Origin: a virus
Taxonomy: Duplodnaviria; Caudoviricetes
Strand: one strand, 5' to 3'
DNA: 62,242 bases
Virus record (IMG/VR): IMGVR_UViG_3300009183_000009
Location: 1 to 62,242 of that record
Shown here piece by piece: positions 1 to 7,733 of this stretch. Within the stretch, counting starts at the first letter, position 1; every line of letters starts with the position of its first letter. The translations under genes were made by a program, and so were the position numbers. The notes beneath the pieces are model-generated. The model made no database searches, was not told the DNA's origin, and saw only the letters and a list, made by a program, of their open reading frames with translations.

Positions 1-123
1 GCCCCCTCATAACAGGAGATTAATTATGCAACAGACAGACGTAAAGGCGGCTCACTTAACTGCCGCTGGATCTTTTATATTGGGACGCACACGCCTCAAA
101 GGTATTGTGGTCAGCCCTAAAGC
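1..123. repeat. Terminal direct repeat (circular assembly overlap), left copy
   Basis: 1-123 is identical to 62120-62242. Confidence 0.97.
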
Positions 124-319
124 AAGCACAGCCGCAACATTTGAGATTCGTGATGGCAGCGCTACTGGCGCTGTGTTGTTTACGATGGACATTGCCAGCG
201 TTACCACGCCTGTGAACTTCAACATCACGATACCCGGTGAAGGTATTTTGGCAACTACAGGACTGCACTTGACAACCAGCGTTGGTACTGTTGTGGGCAT
301 TGAAGTGTTCTATGGCTAA
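26..319 (+). CDS. Conserved small virion-module protein
   Basis: AGGAG RBS at 14-18; beta-rich 97 aa ORF; follows the capsid decoration gene across the circular junction. Confidence 0.8.
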   Translation: MQQTDVKAAHLTAAGSFILGRTRLKGIVVSPKASTAATFEIRDGSATGAVLFTMDIASVTTPVNFNITIPGEGILATTGLHLTTSVGTVVGIEVFYG

Positions 320-566
320 GTCTCCAGCATGGACGCGCAAGGAAGGGAAATCCGAGAAAGGCGGCTTGAACGCCAAAGGTCGGGCTTCCTACAACAAAGC
401 GAATCCGGGGAAGCCGGGGCTGAAAGCTCCGCAGCCCGAGGGCGGCAAACGTCGCGACTCCTTCTGCGCCCGTATGGAAGGCATGAAGAAGAAATTGACG
501 AGCGAAAAAACCGCCAAGGATCCAAATTCGAGGATTAACAAGAGCCTACGGGCTTGGAAGTGTTGA
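312..566 (+). CDS. Small basic phage protein (MAKSPAW...SFCARM...RAWKC)
   Basis: ATG at 312 overlaps the upstream stop; K/R-rich; resembles a family common in aquatic phage head modules. Confidence 0.8.
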   Translation: MAKSPAWTRKEGKSEKGGLNAKGRASYNKANPGKPGLKAPQPEGGKRRDSFCARMEGMKKKLTSEKTAKDPNSRINKSLRAWKC

Positions 567-567
567 C

Positions 568-774
568 ATGACCGAACAAACAGATAACGTCAAAAATGTA
601 ATGGATTTTGTAGCGATCTTCAGCACGTTTGGCGCGTTTTTAGAAATGTTTAACCCACTATTTGCCTTGATTGGTGCAGTAGTGGGTGTCATGCGTATTT
701 ACGAGATGGCTACAGGCAAAGAGTTTTCCGCACTGTGGCGCAAAAAGAAGGCAGATGATGCCGAGCACGAGTAA
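568..774 (+). CDS. Small membrane protein, possibly holin-like
   Basis: Hydrophobic core FVAIFSTFGAFL...LFALIGAVVGVM and a basic C-terminus; tightly packed in the operon. Confidence 0.65.
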   Translation: MTEQTDNVKNVMDFVAIFSTFGAFLEMFNPLFALIGAVVGVMRIYEMATGKEFSALWRKKKADDAEHE

Positions 775-1141
775 GAAACAACACAATTTCATGGCGGCGG
801 TGGCTAACAACCCAGCGTTTGCTAAGAAGGTGGGAGTCCCACAGTCGGTGGGTAAGGATTTTTCAAACGCCGATAAAGGCAAAACTTTTAAAAGAGGTGG
901 TGATATGGCTACAAAAATGAATCCCGGTTTTATGGCAATGATGGCTAAAAAGAAGAGCGCACAAGAAGGCTCTAAAGCTGACATGGCTTCTGACAAAAAG
1001 CAGATGATGGGCATGAAAAAAGGTGGCATGAAGAAGATGGCTGCTGGCGGCTCAGCTTCCGCCCGTGCTGATGGCGTTGCTTCAAAAGGCAAAACCAAAG
1101 GCACAATGATTTCCATGAAGTCTGGCGGCAAAGCCTGTTAA
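758..1141 (+). CDS. Lys/Met-rich basic protein with four xxxGG motifs
   Basis: MPSTSKKQHNFM start; FKRGG, MKKGG, MAAGG, MKSGG; possible internal start at 905 after GAGGTG. Confidence 0.8.
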   Translation: MPSTSKKQHNFMAAVANNPAFAKKVGVPQSVGKDFSNADKGKTFKRGGDMATKMNPGFMAMMAKKKSAQEGSKADMASDKKQMMGMKKGGMKKMAAGGSASARADGVASKGKTKGTMISMKSGGKAC

Positions 1142-1145
1142 ATCC

Positions 1146-1421
1146 ATGAGACCCTCGCGTGGTATGGGGGATATCAATCCCTCAAAAATGCCCAAAGGCG
1201 TGAAAAAAGCACGCCGGGATGACACGGACTTCACCCAGTTCAAAGAGGGTGGAAGTGTTAACGCCGCTGGTAACTACACAAAACCGAGCCTTCGTAAGAA
1301 GATTGTGTCTCAGGTCAAAGCAGCGGCAACTCATGGCACGGGCGCAGGGCAGTGGAGCGCGAGAAAAGCGCAGTTGGTAGCCAAGAAGTATAAGGCTGCT
1401 GGCGGGGGATACAAAGATTGA
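1146..1421 (+). CDS. Small basic protein (GQWSARKAQ motif)
   Basis: K/R-rich ORF in operon order; contains FKEGG. Confidence 0.8.
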   Translation: MRPSRGMGDINPSKMPKGVKKARRDDTDFTQFKEGGSVNAAGNYTKPSLRKKIVSQVKAAATHGTGAGQWSARKAQLVAKKYKAAGGGYKD

Positions 1422-1651
1422 AAGCGCCGCAGACTTCCCTTAAAAACTGGGGCAAACAAGATTGGACAACTAAAAGTGGTAAAAAATCTTCTGACACTGG
1501 TGAACGATACCTTCCAAAAGCTGCGATCAAAAGTCTCAGCCCTTCTGAGTACGCTGCGACAACACGGGCAAAACGTACTGGCAAAGCTAAAGGGAAGCAG
1601 TTCGTAGCCCAACCTAAAACAATTGCAAAGAAAACGGCAGGATTTAGATAA
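1418..1651 (+). CDS. Small basic protein (W..QDW.TKSG...RYLP)
   Basis: TTG start overlaps the upstream TGA; its stop overlaps the next ATG. Confidence 0.75.
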   Translation: MKAPQTSLKNWGKQDWTTKSGKKSSDTGERYLPKAAIKSLSPSEYAATTRAKRTGKAKGKQFVAQPKTIAKKTAGFR

Positions 1652-2586
1652 TGGCAACAACTTCCGGCGCATCATCGTTTAACCTAGACCTCACCGAACT
1701 GGTGGAGGAGGCGTTTGAGCGTGCTGGTTCAGAGTTGCGTACCGGTTATGACCTTAAAACGGCTCGCCGGTCGTTAAATTTGTTGTTTGCTGACTGGGCA
1801 AATCGCGGTATCAACATGTGGACGTTCGAGCAGGGCACGATCACCCTAACTCAAGGCTTGAACACCTATGCAATCCCCACAGATACCGTCGATTTGCTTG
1901 ATCATGTCATCCGAACACAGGCAAATGTGGCGGCAACACAAGCCGATTTGACAATTACCCGCGTGAGTGTTTCCACATACGCTACTTTACCCAACAAATT
2001 GACCCAAGCACGGCCAATTCAGGTCTGGTATCAGCGTTTGGACGGCCAAATCATGCCAACAACGGCAGTTTTGTCTACCAGCATCAGCGCTACCGCAAAC
2101 ACGGTTGTTTTGTCCAACGTAGTGGGGCTTCCTGCCATTGGGTACATCAACCTTGACAGCGAAACCATCTTCTACAACTACATTGACGGCAATACGTTAA
2201 GCAACTGCTTCCGTGGACAGAACGGAACAACGGCTGCGGCCCATACTGCAAGTGCCAGTGCCAAGATTTACATCAACAACGTACCCCGCGTGACCATGTG
2301 GCCTACGCCGGACGGCTCCCAGACATACCAGTTTGTCTATTGGCGGATGCGTCGTGTGCAGGATGCCGGTAGCGGTGTCAATGTAATGGATGTACCGTTC
2401 CGTTTTGTGCCCTGTATGGTGGCGGGGTTGTCCTATTACATTGCTTTGAAGGTTCCCGGTGGCATGGAGCGTCTGGCGGTATTGAAACAGCAGTATGACG
2501 AAGCATGGATGACAGCGGCTGATGAGGATCAGGAACGCGCCGCGTTGCGTTTAGTGCCTAGGCAGATGTTTATTGGGGGCGGATAA
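1651..2586 (+). CDS. Head-tail adaptor / tail tubular-like protein with an inserted beta domain
   Basis: EEAFERAG...ARRSLNLLFADWANRG...WPTPD pattern typical of podovirus adaptors; position in the morphogenesis arm. Confidence 0.65.
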   Translation: MATTSGASSFNLDLTELVEEAFERAGSELRTGYDLKTARRSLNLLFADWANRGINMWTFEQGTITLTQGLNTYAIPTDTVDLLDHVIRTQANVAATQADLTITRVSVSTYATLPNKLTQARPIQVWYQRLDGQIMPTTAVLSTSISATANTVVLSNVVGLPAIGYINLDSETIFYNYIDGNTLSNCFRGQNGTTAAAHTASASAKIYINNVPRVTMWPTPDGSQTYQFVYWRMRRVQDAGSGVNVMDVPFRFVPCMVAGLSYYIALKVPGGMERLAVLKQQYDEAWMTAADEDQERAALRLVPRQMFIGGG

Positions 2587-3080
2587 TGGATACGGATAGT
2601 CTTTTTTTAGCTTGGGCGGCAGGATTCTTTGACGGAGAAGGCTGCGTCATGGTTGAAATGTCCAAGGAAAAGGCTTGTTTGCACGGCTATAGAACCAGTT
2701 TGCACACAACTGTTACCCAAACAAGTTTGCCTTGTCTTCAATTATTTCTTGAGCGCTTTGGTGGCAGTATTTCAACTTCTGAAAACAGAACACCGAATGG
2801 TCGTCGTTGGGCAGTTCAACACCGCTGGGTTGCTCGTAATGAAACTGCATTGGAATTTTTGCAAGCAATTGAGCCGTATGTTGTGGTAAAAAAAGAGCAA
2901 GTGCAAGCCGCTTTGAAATATCAAATGCGCAGTCCCGATGGTCGAAAGTATGGCAATAGCAGCAACCCAATACCCGACCAAGTAATGCAATCAAGGATGG
3001 CTTTGCGAAAGATGCTGCAAGACATTCGCGCAAGTATGAAAACCTTAGCAAAACCCGCCAAGGTACAACATGGGCAATAG
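2586..3080 (+). mobile_element. Free-standing single-motif LAGLIDADG homing endonuclease gene
   Basis: LAWAAGFFDGEGCV motif, then VTQT, FGG, W, and FL..I.PY...KK.Q elements. Confidence 0.88.
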
Positions 3081-3459
3081 ATTTGCATCCGGCAAAAACA
3101 GCATTGCGGAGTGTGACCGTTGCGGTTTTAGATACAAGTTGACTGTTCTAAAAAAAGAAGTAGTTAAAACAAAGCTTTACAATATTTTGGTGTGCCCTGA
3201 ATGTTGGAGTCCAGATCAGCCTCAACTCCAGTTGGGTATGTACCCAGTGGATGACCCGCAAGGGGTGCGCGATCCGCGTCCTGACTTAAGTTACCAAGTT
3301 TCTGGCTTGTTAGCAGATGGGTACAGCGGCGGCGGTAGTCGAGTATTTCAATGGGGCTGGGGGCCGGTTGGCGGTTCGTCTAGTTTTGATGCGGTTCTGA
3401 CCCCAAATAACTTGGCGATGGCAGTAGAAATTGGTACAGTAACGGTAAGCGTAACTTAG
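3070..3459 (+). CDS. Zn-ribbon (CxxC...CxxC) morphogenesis-module protein
   Basis: CDRCG and VCPEC motifs followed by DPQ...DPRPD. Confidence 0.8.
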   Translation: MGNRFASGKNSIAECDRCGFRYKLTVLKKEVVKTKLYNILVCPECWSPDQPQLQLGMYPVDDPQGVRDPRPDLSYQVSGLLADGYSGGGSRVFQWGWGPVGGSSSFDAVLTPNNLAMAVEIGTVTVSVT

Positions 3460-3468
3460 GAGTTAATC

Positions 3469-3681
3469 ATGGCAAAAATGGAATCAGCCGCAGCAGATAA
3501 AAAGCAAGATGTTGCTTTAATCAAAAAGGCTTTTAAACAGCACGACACCCAAGAACACAAAGGTGGCAAGGGCACATCACTGAAGCTGGCCAAAGGCGGC
3601 AAGACCAACGAGATGATGAAGCAGTACGGTCGTGGTATGGCTAAAGTTGTTAACCAGCGCGGAAGCGCAAGGGGTAAATAA
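3469..3681 (+). CDS. Small basic protein with LAKGG motif
   Basis: AGGAG RBS; K-rich. Confidence 0.8.
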   Translation: MAKMESAAADKKQDVALIKKAFKQHDTQEHKGGKGTSLKLAKGGKTNEMMKQYGRGMAKVVNQRGSARGK

Positions 3682-3947
3682 TGGCTAAATTCAGCATGAA
3701 ACAAGACGGTAAAGAAGTTGGCCCAGCCAGCGTCTATGCCGAGCCGCACACTATGGATGGCAAGGCAATGAAGATTTCCTCCAACCCCGGCAAAGAACCT
3801 AACCGCAGCAAAGCCGACACGGTCAACATGAGCGTTGGCAACATCAGCAAAGCTGCTGGCGACCAGCAAGTCAAAACCAGCGGTATCAAAATGCGTGGCA
3901 CTGGCGCGGCTACCAAAGGCGTTATGTCTAGGGGCCCGATGGCATGA
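3681..3947 (+). CDS. Small basic protein (RGTGAATKG...RGPMA)
   Basis: Start and stop overlap both neighbours. Confidence 0.8.
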   Translation: MAKFSMKQDGKEVGPASVYAEPHTMDGKAMKISSNPGKEPNRSKADTVNMSVGNISKAAGDQQVKTSGIKMRGTGAATKGVMSRGPMA

Positions 3948-4870
3948 ATTACACCGAACTCAGTAACGCTATTCAAGCGTATACAGAGAACACGGAGACT
4001 AGCTTCGTGGCGGAGATTCCTGTCTTTGTGGAGCAGGCTGAGCAACGTATTTATAACTCGGTGCAGTTCCCCTCAATTCGTAAGAACGTGACAAGCACTG
4101 TTGCGATAAACACAAAGTATTTGGACTGCCCTCTTGACTTCTTAGCTGTGTATTCTATGGCGGTCATTGATAGTAACGGTAACTACGAATACTTGCTTAA
4201 CAAGGACGTTAACTTTATCCGTCAGGCATACCCAAACCCTACAACAGATGTAGGCATTCCCAAGTACTACGCACTGTTTGGCCCAACGGTATTAAATACT
4301 GTAATTTACGACGAACTCTCGTTCATATTAGGGCCAACAGCCGATGCGAGTTACGGCGTTGAGTTGCACTATTACTACTACCCCGAGTCAATTGTGCAAA
4401 GCCCTGTTGCTGTTTTGGGCGCAATTACTGGTGGCAGCGCATATACGGCGGGTACTTATTTTAATGTGCCCCTGACTGGCAGTACAGGTAGCGGGGCGTT
4501 AGCAACGGTTACTGTTTCTGGTGGCGCGGTAACAGCCGTGACTATTACGAATGGCGGCTTGAACTATACGGCTGGCGGGTCTTTATCTGCCGCCGCCACA
4601 AATATTGGCGGAACAGGTTCTGGTTTTTCTGTGCTAATTAGCACTGTAACTAATTCAGACGGTAGATCATGGCTGGGGGACAACTTTGACACGGTGCTGT
4701 TGTATGCATCTTTGGTTGAGGCTTACACCTATATGAAGGGTGAAACCGACATGATGGCTTTATATAACGGAAAATACACGGAAGCTCTTGCGTTAGCCAA
4801 GCGTTTGGGTGATGGCATGGAGCGTCAAGACGCCTATCGTTCTGGTCAATTTAGACAGGCGGTGACCTGA
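3944..4870 (+). CDS. Second adaptor / head-closure-like protein with Gly/Thr-rich insertion
   Basis: FV.QAE.RIY...G.PKYYA...LLYASLVEAYTYMKG pattern; insert at about aa 150-235. Confidence 0.65.
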   Translation: MNYTELSNAIQAYTENTETSFVAEIPVFVEQAEQRIYNSVQFPSIRKNVTSTVAINTKYLDCPLDFLAVYSMAVIDSNGNYEYLLNKDVNFIRQAYPNPTTDVGIPKYYALFGPTVLNTVIYDELSFILGPTADASYGVELHYYYYPESIVQSPVAVLGAITGGSAYTAGTYFNVPLTGSTGSGALATVTVSGGAVTAVTITNGGLNYTAGGSLSAAATNIGGTGSGFSVLISTVTNSDGRSWLGDNFDTVLLYASLVEAYTYMKGETDMMALYNGKYTEALALAKRLGDGMERQDAYRSGQFRQAVT

Positions 4871-5295
4871 TGGCGTTTACTGGTAACTTCTCCTGTAATG
4901 TCTTTAAGACCGGGCTGATGAACGGCACGTTCAACTTTACTTCGGGGACGTTCTATATTGCACTCTATACCAATGCAGCCACACTTGATGCCTCTACCAC
5001 GGCTTATACGGCTACGGGCGAGGTTGTGGCTTCTGGGTACACGGCTGGTGGGCTGGCACTCACGATTGCGCAGGCTCCCACGGTAGGAAACTCAGGCAGC
5101 ACCGCCTATATCTCATTTGACAACGCGGCTTGGACTTCGGCATTAACTGCTCGTGGAGCTTTAATTTACCAAAGTGGCGGCGGAAACCCCGCAGTTTGCG
5201 TACTTGATTTCGGTGCAGATAAAACTTCAACTGCAACATTCACGGTACAGTTCCCCGCTGTATCAAACACTTCAGCAATCATAAGGATAGCGTAA
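4870..5295 (+). CDS. Virion structural protein, paralog of 5499-5990
   Basis: FYIALYT..AT...TTAY...EV..SGYTAGG motif. Confidence 0.75.
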   Translation: MAFTGNFSCNVFKTGLMNGTFNFTSGTFYIALYTNAATLDASTTAYTATGEVVASGYTAGGLALTIAQAPTVGNSGSTAYISFDNAAWTSALTARGALIYQSGGGNPAVCVLDFGADKTSTATFTVQFPAVSNTSAIIRIA

Positions 5296-5489
5296 TGGCA
5301 CTTGTAACCACAACCAAAGGCGAAATGGATGAATCTTTGCTTGAGAAAAAAGAAGGTTCATTGGATAATGACAACGAAACAACCACATGGGTGGAGTATT
5401 GGTTAGATGGCGAACTTGTCCACCGTTCGGCGCATGTTCAGTTAAAGCAAACAGTCACACTCTCGGCTGAAGCCGCATCTATTACATAA
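5295..5489 (+). CDS. Small acidic hypothetical protein (WVEYW..GELVHRS)
   Basis: Coupled start; lies between the two paralogs. Confidence 0.75.
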   Translation: MALVTTTKGEMDESLLEKKEGSLDNDNETTTWVEYWLDGELVHRSAHVQLKQTVTLSAEAASIT

Positions 5490-5498
5490 GGAAAAATC

Positions 5499-5990
5499 AT
5501 GGCAAATACCCAAGCAATGTGCACATCGTTCATGGGGCAACTGCTCAATGGCGGGCATCAATTTGGAACAATTACGCTGACTTCGCGTACCAGTTTGACT
5601 GCGCCCACTGTTGATACGTTTAAAGCGGCTTTGTATCTAACAACTGCCACGGTAAACGCAAGCACTACAGCATACAGCGCTTCTAATGAAGTGTCTGGCA
5701 CTGGCTATACCGCTGGTGGTGTGACGATTACAGCATGGAATGCTCCAACTGCTACTAATTCGTCTACAACAGCGGGTACTGCATTTACTACGCCTACGGC
5801 TTCGATCACATACACAACTGTGACTTTGGCAACGGCGTTTGACGCAGTGTTGATTTACAACTCTACCCAAAGTAATACGGCTGTCAGTGTTCATACCTTC
5901 GGTTCTCAAACAATCACTGCTGGTACGTTTACATTGACTATGCCTGCTAATACCACTGCTGCTGCGTTGTTGCGTATTGCTACAACTTAA
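5499..5990 (+). CDS. Virion structural protein, paralog of 4870-5295
   Basis: FKAALY..AT...TTAY...EVSGTGYTAGG motif; AAGGA RBS. Confidence 0.75.
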   Translation: MANTQAMCTSFMGQLLNGGHQFGTITLTSRTSLTAPTVDTFKAALYLTTATVNASTTAYSASNEVSGTGYTAGGVTITAWNAPTATNSSTTAGTAFTTPTASITYTTVTLATAFDAVLIYNSTQSNTAVSVHTFGSQTITAGTFTLTMPANTTAAALLRIATT

Positions 5991-5999
5991 AGATAGTGT

Positions 6000-6587
6000 A
6001 TGGCTAACGCATGGGGTTCCGAAGCATGGGGCGACGGCAGATGGGGCACTAACAGTTTTAGTTTGGTGCTTACGGGGGTCGACGCAACAGGTTTAGTTAA
6101 TAGTGTTAGCTTTGTTGAGGAATACAGTGGTGCGGGCGTTAGTGCCACTGGCGCTGTAGGTAGCGTCACTGTTGCTGATCGTCTTATTGCTATAACAGGT
6201 GTTAGCGCTTCTGGCGCAGTGGGCACAGTAGTTAGCATAAATGCTATGGCGCTGACAGGCGTTGGAAGTGCAGGCAGTGTAGGTACGGTTGCGGTTATAA
6301 GTACTCTTGGCTTAACGGGCAATGAGGCTTTTGGTCAAGTAAACCAAATTATTGTGCCGGTGAATTCCAACCAAGCGTTGGCTTTTGTTGGGACTGTACT
6401 CAATGTAACAACCGTGGGATTGACCGGCATATCTGCTTCAGGCGCTTTAGGGACTATGGGGTTGATCAGGACACATAGTCTGACAGGTAATTTGGCAAGC
6501 GGTAGTGTTGGAAATGTGGTGGCTGTTTACTGGAAATTAATTGATGACAACCAGTCAACAATTTGGCAAAATATAAACACTTCGTAA
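6000..6587 (+). CDS. Repeat-rich tail/collar fibre-like protein
   Basis: WG repeats at the N-terminus and recurring LTGV.A.G.VG units. Confidence 0.65.
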   Translation: MANAWGSEAWGDGRWGTNSFSLVLTGVDATGLVNSVSFVEEYSGAGVSATGAVGSVTVADRLIAITGVSASGAVGTVVSINAMALTGVGSAGSVGTVAVISTLGLTGNEAFGQVNQIIVPVNSNQALAFVGTVLNVTTVGLTGISASGALGTMGLIRTHSLTGNLASGSVGNVVAVYWKLIDDNQSTIWQNINTS

Positions 6588-6596
6588 GGAACGGAC

Positions 6597-7724
6597 ATGG
6601 CAGCAACAACAACTCTTTTGAGCTTGGTCACCCCCACACAGGGTACGCTCTCTGGTACGTGGGGCGACACAGTCAACTACGGTATTTCTGACTACCTTGA
6701 CATTGCCATTGCAGGCACACTATCTTTTGCGGGTGACGGCGCTATCACGCTGGCAAACACCACAGGTAGCGCGTCAGGTAACGCAATAACTTCTACAACA
6801 GCCCAGTACATGGTGATCCGTATCACCGGCACACAAACTGTTACCAAGGTTATCACAGGCCCAAGCTACAGCAAGCTGTACATGGTGGATCACGCAGGCG
6901 CTACCAGCGCGGTAACTTTTAAAGCTGCCGGTCAGGCAGGTGTCTCTGTTGCTGTGGGCGAGAAGTGTTTTGTGTACTACAACGGCACTGACTACGTAAA
7001 GGTGGCAACTAGCACAGCTGGCACAGTGACAAGCGCAAGCGTAGTGTCCGCCAACGGCTTTGCAGGCACAGTTGCAACCGCAACGACAACGCCTGCCATA
7101 ACGCTTACAACATCTATCACAGGTGTCTTGAAAGGTAACGGCACTGCAATTTCTGCTGCTACTTCTGGTACTGACTACTTAGCCCCACCCTCGGGCACTG
7201 CGATTCTTAAAGCCAATTCTGGTGGCGCACTGGCTAATGCTACTGCGGGTACTGACTATGTAGCTCCCGGCACGGCAACAACCTTTACAGCTACACAGAC
7301 GTTCTCAGGCACATCATCAGCACTTGCGATGATCTTAACTGACACGGCAGAGGTAGCAACAGTCTCAGCTACAGCAGCCACTGGCACGATTAACTACGAT
7401 GTCACTACGCAGTCTGTCTTGTATTACACGACTTCCGCAAGTGCAAACTGGACAGTTAACTTTAGAGCCTCTAGCGGTACTTCTTTAAATACTGCCATGT
7501 CTACGGGCCAGTCTGTGACTGCGGCTTTCTTGGTAACTCAAGGCACTACGGCCTATTACAACAGCGCGGTTCAGGTTGACGGTAGCAGCGTGACACCAAA
7601 ATATCAAGGCGGCACTGCATATTCGGCAGGTAACGCAAGCAGTGTTGATGTGTATATGTACACGATTATCAAAACGGGTAACGCAGCATTCACTGTGTTT
7701 ACTTCACAAACCAAATTTGCTTAA
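6597..7724 (+). CDS. Tail fibre protein
   Basis: G..SGTWG...N N-terminal anchor; Thr/Ala/Gly-rich; duplicated A..GTDY.AP unit. Confidence 0.7.
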   Translation: MAATTTLLSLVTPTQGTLSGTWGDTVNYGISDYLDIAIAGTLSFAGDGAITLANTTGSASGNAITSTTAQYMVIRITGTQTVTKVITGPSYSKLYMVDHAGATSAVTFKAAGQAGVSVAVGEKCFVYYNGTDYVKVATSTAGTVTSASVVSANGFAGTVATATTTPAITLTTSITGVLKGNGTAISAATSGTDYLAPPSGTAILKANSGGALANATAGTDYVAPGTATTFTATQTFSGTSSALAMILTDTAEVATVSATAATGTINYDVTTQSVLYYTTSASANWTVNFRASSGTSLNTAMSTGQSVTAAFLVTQGTTAYYNSAVQVDGSSVTPKYQGGTAYSAGNASSVDVYMYTIIKTGNAAFTVFTSQTKFA

Positions 7725-7733
7725 GGGACAACT

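Noticed and set aside
2586-3080. Group I intron or intein around the LAGLIDADG ORF
   Set aside because: No flanking non-coding sequence for a ribozyme core, both neighbours look complete, and there are no intein terminal residues.
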